From the NCBI GenBank assembly GCA_951406725.2, contig OX597818.1, forward strand, positions 112,158,001 to 112,222,000: DNA of 64,000 nt, written 5' to 3'. Shown here piece after piece: positions 13,810 through 27,987 of the stretch. A model generated the notes under the pieces. That model was not told the origin of the DNA, ran no database searches, and saw nothing but the letters and a program-made list of their open reading frames with translations. Numbering within the stretch: the stretch's first letter is position 1; every line of letters starts with the position of its first letter. The translations under genes and the position numbers were made by a program. The stretch is from Octopus vulgaris (Eukaryota).

Positions 13810-14213
13810 TCTTTTTTACTTGTTTAAGCCATTTGAATGCGGCCGTCCTGGAGCACTACCATTAGTCGAGCAAACTGATACCAGGACTTATTCTTTGTAA
13901 GCCTAGTACTTTTTCTATCGGCCTGTTCTGCCGAACCGCTAATTTACGGGGACGTAAACACACCACCATCAGTTGTCAAGTGATGTTGGAGGAACAAGCA
14001 CACACACACAAACACATATACACACATACATTTATATCTACAATACATACGATGGGCTTCTTTCAATTTCCGTGTACCAAATCCACTCACAAGACTTTGG
14101 TCGGCCCGATTGTATAGTAGAAGACACTTGCCCAAGTTGCAACGCAGTGGAAATTAATCCGAAAGCATGTGGTGAGTAAGCGAGGTACTTACGACACACA
14201 CACTCCTACGCCT
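13808..14213 (-). mobile_element. SINE family B (CORE-like, internal microsatellite)
   Basis: Reverse complement of the 22359-22745 element; TTGGGCAAGTGTCTT CORE-like motif. Confidence 0.88.
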
Positions 14214-14224
14214 ATATATATACA

Positions 14225-14404
14225 TATACAATTTACAAACGAAAAACAAAAACGAACAGGCGAATACGGGTGTATAAACAACAAACAAATGTATTAGTTT
14301 AACACTGGGGAAGTGAGATAGTCTTTTATGTTTCGAGCCTACGCTCTTCACCAGAAAGGAACACAGTAATAAACAGGGAGAAAATAAAAACGGTTAAATG
14401 GCTA
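14225..14404 (-). mobile_element. Short hammerhead-bearing element, family F
   Basis: Homologous to 34879-35030 and 41712-41902; hammerhead fold at 14323-14358. Confidence 0.75.
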
Positions 14405-14427
14405 CATACATACATACATACATACAC

Positions 14428-14473
<46 letters not shown>

Positions 14474-15040
14474 TATATATAATTAAAATATATATATTGT
14501 TGTGTGTGTGTGTATAAACGTGTATCTATCTATCCACTCACACACATGCTCTATGTCCGTGTTTGTGCGTATGTACGTATGTATACATGCGTACATGCTC
14601 ACATTCATATACCATTACTAGTTTGGAACTATCTTAAATTGCCACCTTCAAACCGTGGTCGTTCTTTCACCCGCCACCCCATCCCAACTAAACAATGGTT
14701 TTGTAGATGTGTGAACACTGTCTGGACCCAATAATTCTATATTTAATGATGTTTGTGTTATGTGAGCGAATTTCTTGTGTCTGTCTCGAGTAATTCAGTG
14801 ACTTTTCTTTTTATGATGGTAATTTTTAGCTGCGGTAGCTATTTTTGCAAAAGGTACTGAGTAAAACGTGAATAAATGGGTGGCTTTGAAGTTTATCATA
14901 GCTTTGCATGCTTCGTTTGGCTTCGCTTTTATTGAAGTTATTGTGTATTGTTGAATAAAATTTCATTGTAATGTTTTGGCTGACTCTAAAATGAATTTGA
15001 ATTGTGTGTTTGAGTTAGGACAGTAGTGTCTGGTAGTATT

Positions 15041-15255
15041 TTTTTCCACTCTCGGCACAAGGCCCGAAATTTTTGGGGAGGGTGGGGCCCGTCGGTTAGA
15101 TCGACCACAGTACGCCACTGGTACTTAATTTATCGACCCTGAAAAGATGAAAAGCTAAGTCGTCATCGGCATAATTTGAACTCAGAACGTAAAGACAGAC
15201 GAAATAGCACTAAGAATTTCGCCCTGCGTGCTAACGTTTCTACCAGCTCGCCGCC
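15041..15255 (-). mobile_element. SINE family A, tail type 2, with 9-bp TSD
   Basis: Family A head and centre; GGTAGTATT at 15032-15040 and 15257-15265. Confidence 0.9.
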
Positions 15256-15289
15256 GGGTAGTATTAAGAATCTGACTCTTCCGCAGGCT

Positions 15290-15410
15290 CCATCGACTAC
15301 GGTCATGCTGGGGCACTACTTTGAAGAATTTTAATCGAAAAAATCGACATCAGTAGCTTATTTTAAATCCCGGCATTTATTCTATCGATCGTTGTTGCTG
15401 AAGTACTAGG
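15290..15410 (-). mobile_element. SINE family B 3' fragment
   Basis: GACTACGGTCATGCTGGGGCAC...ATCGAC...TTATTCTATCG matches the reverse complement of the B tail. Confidence 0.55.
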
Positions 15411-16330
15411 TTAATTACCCTACATCAGAATAAGTAATGAAGTAATAAATGCCTACATTCAGAAGGTATGTTTGACCGTCTATATCTCGTTATTTTCTTG
15501 TGTCTTTTACGTCACTTCTGTTTCTGTTGAACTCTGGCACATAATTCTACAAAAGCACTGGTTCCACTGATGACACTTGTACCTCTCTGCAGCCATAAGA
15601 CTACATCATCTGATTTCATGGTGTTTGTGGTGTTGCTTATCGGATCTGTACGTTGGTTTGGCTTTGGTTGCGTGACAGTGAGTTTGCTTCCTTTCGTGTG
15701 AAATCCTGGGGAGATGTGTACAGATGTAGTTTTGGTTCGATGTATATATGTGTGTAGGTAATGCGATGAATGTGCTCGGCTATATTCTATATATTTTAAA
15801 TTGTTTAACTTTTCTATCTCCTTGTGGAATGTATTTTATTATGCATTACTCGGTGAGTAGGTGCATATAATACACTCTATTCGAAAGTGGATTACCGCAA
15901 CGAACTGAAGAAGATAAACAGTCTATTTTTATTTTTATTGTGTGTGTGTCATTCAAATTCTAATAAAATCGTGGTTGTCAAAGTAGGATGACAGGTTTTA
16001 GAATCAGCATCCATAACAGACAACTCGACTCCATCCAATGTAGAAGGAAACAAAATCGGAAAATGTCTAAAATTAAAAAGATAAAAAGAACGAATGTATA
16101 ATGATTGATAGGTTTTTAAAATAACTGTTGTATTTCAAATGATTAAGGGCGCCTGGTGCATTTTCAGACACAGATATTTGATTATCAAGAAGGCTGAGAA
16201 AGTAAACAGTTTGGTAAAAGAATTTACTATCTCTCGTTTTATGTATGTATTAAATATTTAATTGGAACACTGAGCATGTATAAATACACATATATCGATA
16301 TATATATATATATATATATACATTCATACG

Positions 16331-16364
<34 letters not shown>

Positions 16365-16618
16365 CATACACACACACACACATATGCATACATGCATAAA
16401 TTCAATCCGGCATACAGATACAGCTGCCATTGACATAAACATTTAAACAAAAGCAGAAAAGATACACACAGTCGAACGAGAAAATATGTCAAACGAGCAA
16501 ATTCGTACACTCTTACTCACATTGACTCATGTATACACATATTCGTACATATATATATGTACACAAATATATCTATGCATGTGTATATTATATATATATA
16601 TATACATATATTATATCA

Positions 16619-16666
<48 letters not shown>

Positions 16667-16684
16667 GGTATATTATAATATATA

Positions 16685-17078
16685 TATATATATATATAAA
16701 GCTGAAGTTGTTTGTGTATGGCAGGTTTGGTAGCCTTCAACTAACACTATCTCCTCCGAGACCCTGCGGCACAAGTTGACCAAAATTGAGAGTATGATAG
16801 AAGAAGGCGTGTTCGTCCGTCCGTAGAAAGACAAATTCAAATCGGACCATATTAACACAAAAAATTATTTACATCAAAAAGGTGCTTATTTCTCTATGAA
16901 AATCCCTATTTTTTACGATTTTTTGACTTCTGTGTCCCCATTTTTTTGGTGTATTTCAACCACAAAAATGTTGACTTAAAGAGAATAACAAGCTACATAA
17001 TGCGACTTTTTTACTTTTCAAAAATTCCAATTCTAAAGGGTCGAAACAAACCCGAGCAACGCCGGGCGATACTGCTAG
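16685..17078 (+). mobile_element. Non-autonomous Helitron
   Basis: Starts in (TA)n AAAGCTGAAG; ends with hairpin CCCG-AGCAACGC-CGGG (17051-17066) followed 8 nt later by CTAG|T, the canonical Helitron 3' end. Confidence 0.8.
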
Positions 17079-17081
17079 TCA

Positions 17082-17127
<46 letters not shown>

Positions 17128-17145
17128 ATTATGCATAGTCATTTC

Positions 17146-17320
17146 AAATACACAATAAAAAAATAGAGAGAAAAAACGAACGTGAGGCCGTGCATGAGAA
17201 ATATAATAATTTGACACTCTGTGAAGGAAGCGAGTCGTTTCTAACGCTTCGAGCATAGCACTGCATCGGAAACGAAGATGAAACCGTAAGATAAATCGCC
17301 AACAGTCCACGTGTGGTGTG
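17146..17320 (-). mobile_element. Diverged relative of family E with decayed hammerhead
   Basis: Shares AACG.GAGG.CGT, AACG.TTCGAGC, TCGGAAAC and AATCGCCAAC with family E; microsatellite-bounded. Confidence 0.55.
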
Positions 17321-17829
17321 TATGTCTACACATACACACACACACACACAGACACGTACACATACACATACAAAAATACACACACGCAAACACACACACA
17401 TATATAAAACTACTCATGCAGAGAAACCTATATGAAAAGAACCACAATTCCATAACCCCGCTGAAATTTTGGCGACGTATGCTGGATTGAAGGGCAATGC
17501 TCTTTGACGTTTCGGAACAGGTGGTGTTTCATCACTGATATGAAGAAACGAGCATAAAAAAGCAAAATGAAATAAAGAAAACACGAATGTTTAATTATAT
17601 GGTTGTGTCTGAGATCCTATGTGTGTGCATTTGTGTGTGTATGTGTGTTTGTGTGTGTGCGCGCGAAATATCGTTTGTCTATGCGTAGATTTGTTATGGT
17701 CTGTTTTGTTCTATCTGTGACTGTCGACAAACGCATATTTATATTTGTCTATATGGTTATTGTATGACCTGCGTGGGTGTCTATTCTGTATGAGGGCTGG
17801 GTGTTTATGGAAATTGTGTATCAACACTG

Positions 17830-17990
17830 ACGTTTCTAGGTGGTTGAGAAGCTTGCTTCCAGAGTATATGGGCTTGGATTTTAGCTCCACTGGTGTAACC
17901 TTGCTAAAGGTCTCTTTGAATATATCACCAGTCCGACCAAAGTCTTGTGAGTGAATGTGATGGGCAGAAATTGAAAGAGATCGGTCATGT
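17830..17990 (+). mobile_element. Old SINE family B 5' half
   Basis: AGAAGCTTGCTTCC...ACCTTG...CCGACCAAAGTCTTGTGAGTG. Confidence 0.65.
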
Positions 17991-17997
17991 GTGTATA

Positions 17998-18037
<40 letters not shown>

Positions 18038-18447
18038 TACAGTGAGTGAGAGAGAGAGAGAGATAGATAGATAGAGAGAGAGATAGATAGAGAGAGAGAT
18101 TCATATGAATATGGTACTTAAGTTGAGGCGGCAGAGTTTAGTACGGCAATATCCATACAATTTCAAAATAAAGTGATTGTATCAAAATAAGCAGCAAGGA
18201 TATCTAGATCCTTGTTGCTTATTTATCTCTATATATATATATGTGTATGTATATATGTGTGTGTGTGTCTGTCAGTGTCTGCATGTGTGTGTGTATGTGT
18301 TTGTGTGTGTGTGTGTGCGTGTGTACGTGTGTGTGTTTGTGCGTGTGTGTGTGTGTGTTATATTTCTGAGATTGCCCCTACTGTGGGGTTTGTTGCAACA
18401 GGGGCAACCTCAGAATTAGGATCAGCCATTACAACAAAAAAGAAATA

Positions 18448-18490
18448 CAGGAAGCAGACTGGTTGCCATAGCAACACCAGTCTGCGCATG
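18448..18490. promoter_or_regulatory. Candidate RFX X-box with ETS-like and NRF1-half motifs
   Basis: GTTGCCATAGCAAC at 18462-18475 matches the RFX consensus; CAGGAAG lies upstream and TGCGCATG downstream. No associated gene is visible. Confidence 0.35.
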
Positions 18491-18581
18491 TCATCTTCCT
18501 CCTTCCTCCATTTCCTCCTTACACCACGCAAAGCTTCACTAAATCTACTTCATTTTAATATATATATACATATATACATAT

Positions 18582-18708
<127 letters not shown>

Positions 18709-19203
18709 CAGAGGGAGAGGAGGAGAGAGAGGGAAAGAGAAGAAGAAGGAGACAGAGACATAGATACACGCATTAGCACCACTCACGCACACGTTCATTT
18801 GCTAGGTCCAAAGTTCTCCCGCTTGACACTTGCACCTCTAGCGGAGTCGCCTGTTTCTTCTTCTTTCGGTGATCCCAGCCTGCTGTGACTATCTGAGACA
18901 CACCTACTCCTTTTTCTTATCATCTTTAAATGTCTTTGTCTATCCTTCCTGTAAAAGAACGTATGCTCTAAACGCAAAATAACTCTAAGTCTGTTTATCC
19001 TAAGAATAAATCTAATACACTGTTTTCTCTTTTTTATTTTTACCTCACCTTCGTTTTCTTTTGCACCATACACAGACACACACGCAGACACCCACACATT
19101 GATAGAGGCATATATATATATATATGCAGTGTATTTGCTTGTAATTTATAAATAATAACTCATGTAAGTCAACTGTTGTTAATCAGAACTCCATTTTCTG
19201 TTT

Positions 19204-19237
<34 letters not shown>

Positions 19238-20300
19238 TGTATGTATGTATGTATGTATGTATGTATTGCTAGAAAGAGTGTCTGTGAGGCAGGCAGACAT
19301 GAAATAAATATCATATGTCAGTTTTGGCCTATTTTTAAAGAACGAATCAGTGTGGTGGACCGGTAGAATGGCATTTAATCTTTCGCATACAAAGCAAGAC
19401 AACTCGGATATTGATTGCAAATTTTTGTTTGGAATTTACAATGCATTTAATTTATAACCAACTACGTAAACATAACACATAATAATTCCAAATACATTCA
19501 TATCCATGCCACACATATAGTTATAATATTTATATAATGTTTAGTAACGGAAATGTATGGTAAATATATAGATAGATATAATATTAAAAATTATATGAAA
19601 AATACTTGTCACAAATACAGATATAATACCTTGTAATTATGACGCATTGAAATACTGACGCCTCATACAAAAATTACATATAGTAGTTCGGAAGGTATTT
19701 GAATAAAATCATTTTATATCCAGCATGATTATTCTATAAAACGTATGCAGCAATGAAAGACTCCCATTACCCTAGTCTATGCTATTCTGTTTAACATGTT
19801 TGCTGCTTGCTAATCGTTATTCTATATATTTTTCCTTTTGCTTATCATAAATAGTTGTCACGATTTAAAAATTTTTCACGTATTTTACAGGTTTTCGAAA
19901 TCGTCAGCATCTTGTGGATGCTTTCACAGTTATCTTAGCTCTGTATCTTTTTCCGCATTCAGTTACTTACTTATCATATTGGCCACAATTCCGTTGATTA
20001 TTTCTCCGTTTTCTCTGCTCATCCCCCGCCTATACTTGCTCTCCCAATAATCGCTCATTTTCCACTACCTTATTCCTCGTTAATACATATGTTTTTTCGC
20101 GCCGCTCCAAACGCGACACTCGCTTTTTCTTTCACTATATCAGTATACATCTTTACTACTATCACATATTAAGAAAGATTATAAGCAATGCACTGAATGT
20201 CTCTTCCACATCTTATAAACTGAAATAATTTTACGTTTAAGCTTTAAATATTAGTATATTGAAAATCGCTGCATCCTCACTCTCCCTCTCTATCAATAAA

Positions 20301-20610
20301 ATCACGTGATCACGTGACTGACCAGGCCATCAGATGTTGCTATACATCGCTGGTCACAATGTGCTTCGCATTGCTTTAGCCTTCAATGACGCCACCCCGC
20401 TGGCTAAGCGAGCAGGCCTACAGAAGAAACAGTGAGAGAAAGTTGTGGTGAAAGAGTACAGCAGGGATCGCCACGATCCCCTGCCGGAGCCTCGTGGAAA
20501 TGTAGGTGTTTTCACTCAATAAACAATCACAGCGCCCTGTCTGGGAATCGAAACCACGATCCTACGACCGCGAGTCCGCTGCCCTAACCACTGGGCCATT
20601 GCGCCTCCAC
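20301..20610 (-). mobile_element. tRNA-derived SINE family C, full length
   Basis: Reverse complement of 43605-43912; A box TGGCCCAGTGG, B box GGTTTCGATTC; tail of repeated TCACGTGA. Confidence 0.92.
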
Positions 20611-20999
20611 ACATATGTATATAAATTGATAAATACATAAACACGATCACAGAGACTCTCTCCACACACCCAATCAGATATACATCGACATACTTTTGTT
20701 CTTTACCAAATAATTCTCGTCATGACACCCCTTAAAACTGTAATAATACTAAGAAAAATGTCCCGAACTATGAGCTGCATAGCATTATCAATGGTTCGTA
20801 TACGACAAATACCTCTAGCAGTGATAACCTCAACCCCAGCACAATTCGTTTAAGCAGAGTTGATCACCACAATACGTAAGCCTTTAACAGTCATAACCAA
20901 ATATCTGAATATAATCAGGAAACCCAAAATAATGTCTACTAATTTTATCAGAATCTATAGTGAGGCTTATACAACTATTAATGACCGTAGAGTACATAC

Positions 21000-21250
21000 A
21001 GGGGGAACCCTTCTGTACTCTTTCACCTCAACTTTTTCTCACTCATTACTCCTGTTTCTCTTGTACATGTATTACAAAGGGGTCAGACTTGTCACAGTCT
21101 GTGTCACGTTGAATCTCCCCGAGAACTGTGTTAAATGTACACGTGTCTGTGGAGTACTCAGCCACTTGTACAACAATTTTACGAACAGCGTGATGCATTC
21201 ATCGGATCAACTGGGGCCTTCATCGTCTTAAACCGATGGAGTACCACGAT
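21000..21250 (+). mobile_element. Probable SINE 3' portion sharing a module with family C
   Basis: CTGTACTCTTTCACC...CTCACTC is shared with family C, followed by a different body; single copy in the window. Confidence 0.45.
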
Positions 21251-21811
21251 GGACACTTAAGACTTTCTCGTCTCCCTCTCTCCATCTCATCTTCACCTGT
21301 TCTCTTTCCGCCCTCTCCTCACCTGTGTCTCCAATGAGATCCATGCATTATTTGCATCTCCTTTATTAGTATTTTCTTCTTTAATCATATCAATGCAACT
21401 AGCGTTTATTTATTACTTCGTGCCTGGTTAATTTTCAACCCCGACCGCTTACCACCATCTCTTCTTTTCCACTATTGTCCCCTTTTTAAAAGACCTCTCT
21501 TTGATCTTGTTCACATATTCTTTTTGAACTTTTATTTTTCTTCATCTTCACGCCGCCATCTTATGTCTGCTAAGCCCTAATTCTCTTTAGATACTTCACC
21601 CTCTCTCCAATCCCATCTCTCCTTCGCTGTTTCTCGATCTAACGCCTCAATCTCATTTCTCCCTTGTTGTTGACAGGCTTCGATGCAATGTTCTTTCTGC
21701 TCAAGCGCGGGACCAACATGGCAGAGACATACAGGCTGCAAGTTCAATTGAGACGTTAAGATTATTTGCACGGATCCATACAATAAACAAAAAAAATAAA
21801 ATAAACATCAG

Positions 21812-21960
21812 CAATGTTTCGAGTGGCAAGGGCGCTTTACAAGAGAACGTCTCTGATAGACGATGGGCGACCTGGAAAACCTATTACGAGAGTCATCCCC
21901 GGAAATGGGGGGGGGAAATTTCATCAGCTTGTGCATGAGGATCACCGAAGGACAACCAAA
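21812..21960 (+). mobile_element. mariner transposase fragment (HTH region)
   Basis: QCFEWQGRF...DDGRPGKP...HQLVHEDHRRT with frameshifts (cf. FEWHKRFK...DD.RSGRP). Confidence 0.75.
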
Positions 21961-22228
21961 TTGCGCATTTAAACCGCTTGGTGACTTTGTCTATTTGTAA
22001 CTCCTCTCAGGTGCCTCACATATTCCAGCTTATACTTAAAGAAGAAATGACGCGATAAACCGTGGCAACACCCAGTCTATCTGTTGATAAATGTCAGTAC
22101 AGACAAACACACGCACAAAGATGCACACACATGCATGTATGCATATGTGTATGTATTTGTTTACATATACAAATGTGTATATATACACGTTGACACATGT
22201 CTGTAGATAAATATATATGTATAGGCGC

Positions 22229-22307
<79 letters not shown>

Positions 22308-22358
22308 CGTGTGTGTTTGTGTGTGTGTGTGTATGTTTGTGTATTTGTTCACATATAC

Positions 22359-22745
22359 AGGCGCAGGAGTGGCTGTGTGGTAAGTAGCTTGCTTACCAAC
22401 CAAATGGTTCCGGGTTCAGTCCCACTGGGTGGCACCTTGGGCAAGTGTCTTATCTATAGCCCCTCGGATCGACCAAGTCTTGTGAGTGGATTTGGTAGAC
22501 GGAAACTGAAAGAAGCCCGTCGTATATACGTGTTTATGTATGTATATGTGCGTGAGTGTGTGTTTGTGTGTATGTTTGTCCCCCCAACATCGTTTGACAA
22601 CCGGTGCTGGTGTATTTACGTTTCCGTAACTTAGCGGTTCTGCTTACAAAGAATATGTCCTGGCGTCGATTTGCTCGACTAAAAGGAGGTGCTCCAGCAT
22701 GGTCGCATTCAAGTGACTGAAACAAGTAAAAAGAGTAAAAAGAGT
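22359..22745 (+). mobile_element. SINE family B, near full length
   Basis: Head GGCGCAGGAGTGGCTGTGTGGTAAG...GGGTTCAGTCCC, CORE-like ACCTTGGGCAAGTG, internal (TG)-rich tract, tail GAAACAAGTAAAAGAGTAAAA. Confidence 0.9.
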
Positions 22746-23416
22746 ATACAAAACTGTATATATACACGTTGACACATGTCTGTGTATAAATATATATGTA
22801 TAGGCGCGTATATATATGTTTGTGTTTGTGTGTATTTGTGCGTGTGCGTTTGTGTGTACATATATATTGATTAATCATGCGTGAAAATATCTAAAGAAAC
22901 AATAAAGCATAAATATATTAATAAAAATATTTGTGGTAATTATTCCTTTTATCCCAAATCACTTCTTTTCGTTTTAATCACTTGAGTATGATCCTCAGAC
23001 ACTTTCGGCAATGTTGTAATTCGTTCACTGATCTCTACAGCGAAGCAACAGGACAAAGCGAAATCATTATTGACGTGGTGTTTCTAAAATCATAAACAAA
23101 CGATGAAAGAATTGAGATGTGTTTGATATAATTTTCCATGACCAGAACAGCAATAGTATATAAGTTATCGACATAGCGTTACAAATTTACTATAATGGTG
23201 TGCAAATTCAACCTGAACGACCGAAGAATTACATTCGTCTCGTTTCTGGATTCTAAGCCTTCTGATAGTTGAACAATGTATCTATCGTTCTATTTGTATT
23301 TGCAGCAGACGGAACAATCGAGAAGAATGTCTGTAAGGTATTTGTCATTCCAATAAAGATTAATCAAATGCTCTTTCTCCAAAATAGCAACACTATAATA
23401 ATTATTATTGTTAGAA

Positions 23417-23649
23417 AGGTGGCGAGCTGGCAGAAATGTTAGCACGCCGGGCGAAATGCTTAGAATTATTTCGTCTGCCGCTACGTTTTGAGTTCAAATT
23501 CCTCCGAGGTCGACTTTGCCTTTCATCCTTTCGGAGTCGATTAAATAAAGTACCAGTTACGCACTGATGTCGATATAACCGACTTAATCCCTTTGTCTGT
23601 CCTTGTTTGTCCCCTCTATGTTTAGCCCCTTGTGGGCAATAAATAAATA
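23417..23649 (+). mobile_element. SINE family A, tail type 1, with 23-bp TSD
   Basis: TATAATAATTATTATTG(T/C)TAGAA at 23394-23416 and 23650-23672. Confidence 0.93.
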
Positions 23650-26129
23650 TATAATAATTATTATTGCTAGAATATTCTCACATAGTTCTTATTAAACTCA
23701 ATCAATGTTCTTATGTATTAACTATGAACAGAGACAGATTCGTTTGTTAGTATTTAAGACTAATGTGTGGTTGATGTAATCGTCCTACCCCTTTCCCGAA
23801 ATTCTGCCAAAATTTGAAACCAGTATTTAAGATTGAACATTGTCATTATTCTTTGACATCCTTTTTATTTCAAATTATTTGTGGCATATTTTCCGTTGAA
23901 CCTTCTATGGATTATTTCGCAATTTTTGAACTCATTTAAATTCTTGTCGAATTTGAATAATTGTATGCATTTCCTCTGAGGTGCATACTATCATGCTAGA
24001 TAAAGAAACAACGGTAAGAGTAGTAAAACAAGAACATGCCTTCAGAAATTCTGTGTTGGCCTGGTCGCAGTTCAATACAGGGAACCTAAAGAAACAGACT
24101 GGGGGAAAACCGATACATAAGGGAATGCTGAAATGTTGAAAGGAATATTATAGCCATAAATTAATATTAAACAGAAGAAAATTTCCCAAAATGAACAAGA
24201 ACTCACATCGTAACGGCCATCAATTTTCTGCCCATGCTTATGAAATTCCCATCAGGACGCTACATATGATGGCATGAACACGCACACACACACAAACACA
24301 CACACACACACACACACAAGCACACACACATAGACACACACACTGGCACAGACACAGACACACACTCACACAAGAAAGAACAAGAAAAGAATTATTACTT
24401 TTAGAAAACGCTATCGAATGTAGACGACGTAACGAATAAACAATCATATCAAAATGAAGAGAATTCAACGTCCGCTCTTGCATATATAAATGAAGACGAT
24501 ATCATTCAACCAGAGATTAAAAGCAGAATACATACTTTGAATATGAATAATAAACTACAGTCAGTAACCGATGAACGCTATCAGAATCTAATTAAAAGGT
24601 CGAACTTTATTAGTCATTCGTCAAATGTGGAAAACAAAACAGCTAAAACATAAAGAGACTTGCGAATAATGCCTGTCTATTCTATATTAATCTTTTACAG
24701 TCACTCTGTCCACGCCGTTCATTATTGTGAGGGAACAAGATGCGATATCGAATCATTGGGACGATAAAAGCCTAGCATACGTAGATTTATAACCAAGTCA
24801 CAAAAGAAAAAATGTGGGTTAGAAACTGAAAGAATACCCAACGCGAAGAAAAAATTGAAAACATGAAACAGATATTTTTGCATTCTACAATTAGACGAAG
24901 AAGTTCTATATGATTTATGCAGAGAAAATACTTAATAGAAACGAAAACAATACCAAAACTTAGAACATGTACAGAATCTTGGCAAATAAACGGCATACTA
25001 GGAAGCCTCAAAGAAACATCTTAATGAATGAAAATCTCATTGATTGGGAATGTAAAAGGAAGACAAATATGCAAATAGACATAAAAAATAATGAAAAACT
25101 CACAGTTTTTAACGAAGTCCAGACTGTACAGAAAACGAAACAACTGAGAAGTACATAGAGCAAAAAATCCTCAAAGTTTCAGATGGAACAATATAGCAGA
25201 GAATAATCTAAGACCGGGAAGAAAGGAATCTGTCACTTGAAAAGTTGAATGGATTATGCAAACGATTGTAATATATTAATGAACAAAGGTTGAGGAAATT
25301 GCTTTCGTTTGGGATATGCCAAACCACAACTAGAGATGTACATACATATAGTTACATACCTAGACGTATAATATATAGGTACATAAGTACATGCATGCTA
25401 TGGAGTATAATCCTCTGGCGAGAGCCTTGGAATGGTTGTGTAACTTCCAACTGATAAGTTGAGTTTCAAAAGGCAATAATGCATAGTAATGTAGTGCAGG
25501 CAATTACGAGAGAAACTTCAATGCGGCAAAGGCATCTAAAACAAATGTAAGAATTATGCAAATGTAAGGATAAAGAAATAAAGGTAAGGGAACCATTGGG
25601 TTTGGAAGAACAAGCATTCTCCATTTTAATGTGGGCTGATTCTGGAAACGATTGAAAAAAATAAATACACAATATATTATGAAATACTCAGAATTTACAT
25701 GTATCTTCAGACATCGATATTTACATATCCACATCTTCTGGGACATAAGATTAATCCTATAACAACAATGGTATTGCTCTAAAAAACAAGGCCATTAAAT
25801 GAAAAAATATTTCTAGCTTGTTGCCTTCAACATACTCAAAATTGCAAGCATTGCCAATACCAAGAAAATATAAACCGTATTCCGAATTTTAATCCGCCTG
25901 GTTCATAAGTTTTCATGATGAATGTAAATGTATATGACCCCAACAATATGCTCATGTCTAAATTTGGTTTTTATCGTCTTTCCTTTAGCTTGTACAATGT
26001 CTTATGATCGAGTTTACCCTCCCGCACACACATATCTAAATATATCAGTCAACATTACAAGTCAGTCTATCCACCAGATTACTAAGTGTACATTTATAAT
26101 AATTTATATCCTCCTCCCTCAAACGCTTC

Positions 26130-26337
26130 GAAACGTTGTTGATGGTCAGAAGATCCTCATGTACAAGCTGATGAGTGTTCTCCACATTTCGTGGCAGGTC
26201 TTCCAGATCTTTTATCGTCTTTCAAGGATGTTATTCCGCTTTTGAAGCACCCATGCCACGCGAAATGATGCCGAAGCATGTAGCAGACTTCTCATGTTTA
26301 ACGCAAAATTTCCCGTTGATTTTTTGTTCAGCGTCCT
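26130..26337 (-). mobile_element. mariner transposase N-terminal fragment
   Basis: EQKINGKFCVKHEKSAT...FAWHGCFKSGITSLKDDKRSGRPAT...NVENTHQLVHED; same family as 21812-21960. Confidence 0.82.
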
Positions 26338-27103
26338 GTAAATGACAAAAATTGTAAGCTACAGTATACACGTGATAACAAAAATACAAATGTCACAACT
26401 TGCGAAGTAAAGAGAACGGTATCACTTGGCACACTGCCTCATATATGTCACTGCTAGATCTCAAATAGTACACACTTATGTGCTGTCATTTATTGGCCCG
26501 CTACAGAACTAGTTTGGAAACGTTTGGTATAGCCTCGTATTCTTCACAATGTTCTTAATGACACCAAACTTGAATTCAAGAATATAAAACGGGAACTTAA
26601 TTTTCTATAAATATAAGAAATAGTAAATACATACGTATGTGGCATTTCCATCAAAAGCAAATACATACAAACACACACACACACATACACACACACACAC
26701 ACACATACATATATATATGTACGTACATGCATACTGATATGTGTGTATGTGTATGTTTGTATTCACGCGTGTGTTAGAGTGCCTGTTTCTGTATGGTAGT
26801 GTATGTGTGATCGTATTATTTTTTCTCCCTTGTTTTTCATTACGATAACATCCACAGGCTGCGATGTCTCAAGTTTATAACAATTTGGTGCAACACAGCA
26901 CACTCGACAATACATTAAAATATTCTGTTTATATTTTATATCATACACATCTGTTCAAAATGTTGGTGAACATCCTTCTTGATGTATAGTTTGAGGCAAG
27001 TGATATAGAAAATAATGGTTGAAATTGAAGAAAGAAATCTACATAAATAAATAAATATATATATACATACACCCCCACACCAGACACACATACACACACA
27101 CAT

Positions 27104-27136
<33 letters not shown>

Positions 27137-27221
27137 CATATATATATACATACATATTCCTATATATATACATATATACACACATTATATATATACACAA
27201 TATATATATATATACATACAT

Positions 27222-27254
<33 letters not shown>

Positions 27255-27987
27255 TATATATATAATATATATATATAATATAAACAAATATACATATACA
27301 AATATATATATGTGTATATACAAACATATATATGTGTGTGTGTATGCCTCTGTGTGTATTTGCATAGATATTTTGTTTATGATTTCATTTATAGAGAGCT
27401 CATGTTTATGTTCTTTGTACTTTTTTATATTTATCTGTATGTTTCCTATTGTTTTTAGAATCATATTTATTGCCTATATATTCGGTACACAGACGTGCGC
27501 GTGCATACAATCACACACACACGCACATACACACACAATCACACACACATAAATGCATACCTACACGTATTCATGTATGTGCGTGCTTACATGTATCATT
27601 CGTGTCCTACAACTGTATGTGTCTACGTAAAGGATTCTCTGAATAAACTGTTTTTGATAAAATTCGTGTGTTTAACTGATTTACTCTACAACAGACTAGG
27701 TTTATAGATTTTGGCCAAGAGTGTATTCCTACGCAGATGCAAACGAACTGTTTTCAGTTACAATACCTGGCTAACAAAAGATGGGTCAACCAGTGTAGAT
27801 CCCATCCAGTTATGGGTTCTCATCCTCGATTTAAATACTTTTCAACTGTCCCCAGATAGATCCATTTTTACGCGGTGCGTGACGAAATCGATTCGACCGA
27901 TCTAGGGCAAGAACACTTTCTTGATAGCATTTCAGTGAAATTGTGATCAAGACACCTGTTTAAATATTCAATGATGTAAGCACGTAT

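Noticed and set aside
23990-25330. A-rich stretch, possibly a decayed LINE (similar region at 58480-59150, minus strand)
   Set aside because: Strand-biased composition suggests LINE origin, but no motif is clear enough to call.
26130-26352. Apparent host exon after the acceptor-like TTTTTGTCATTTACAG on the minus strand
   Set aside because: The downstream sequence translates as mariner transposase; exonisation cannot be shown from sequence alone.
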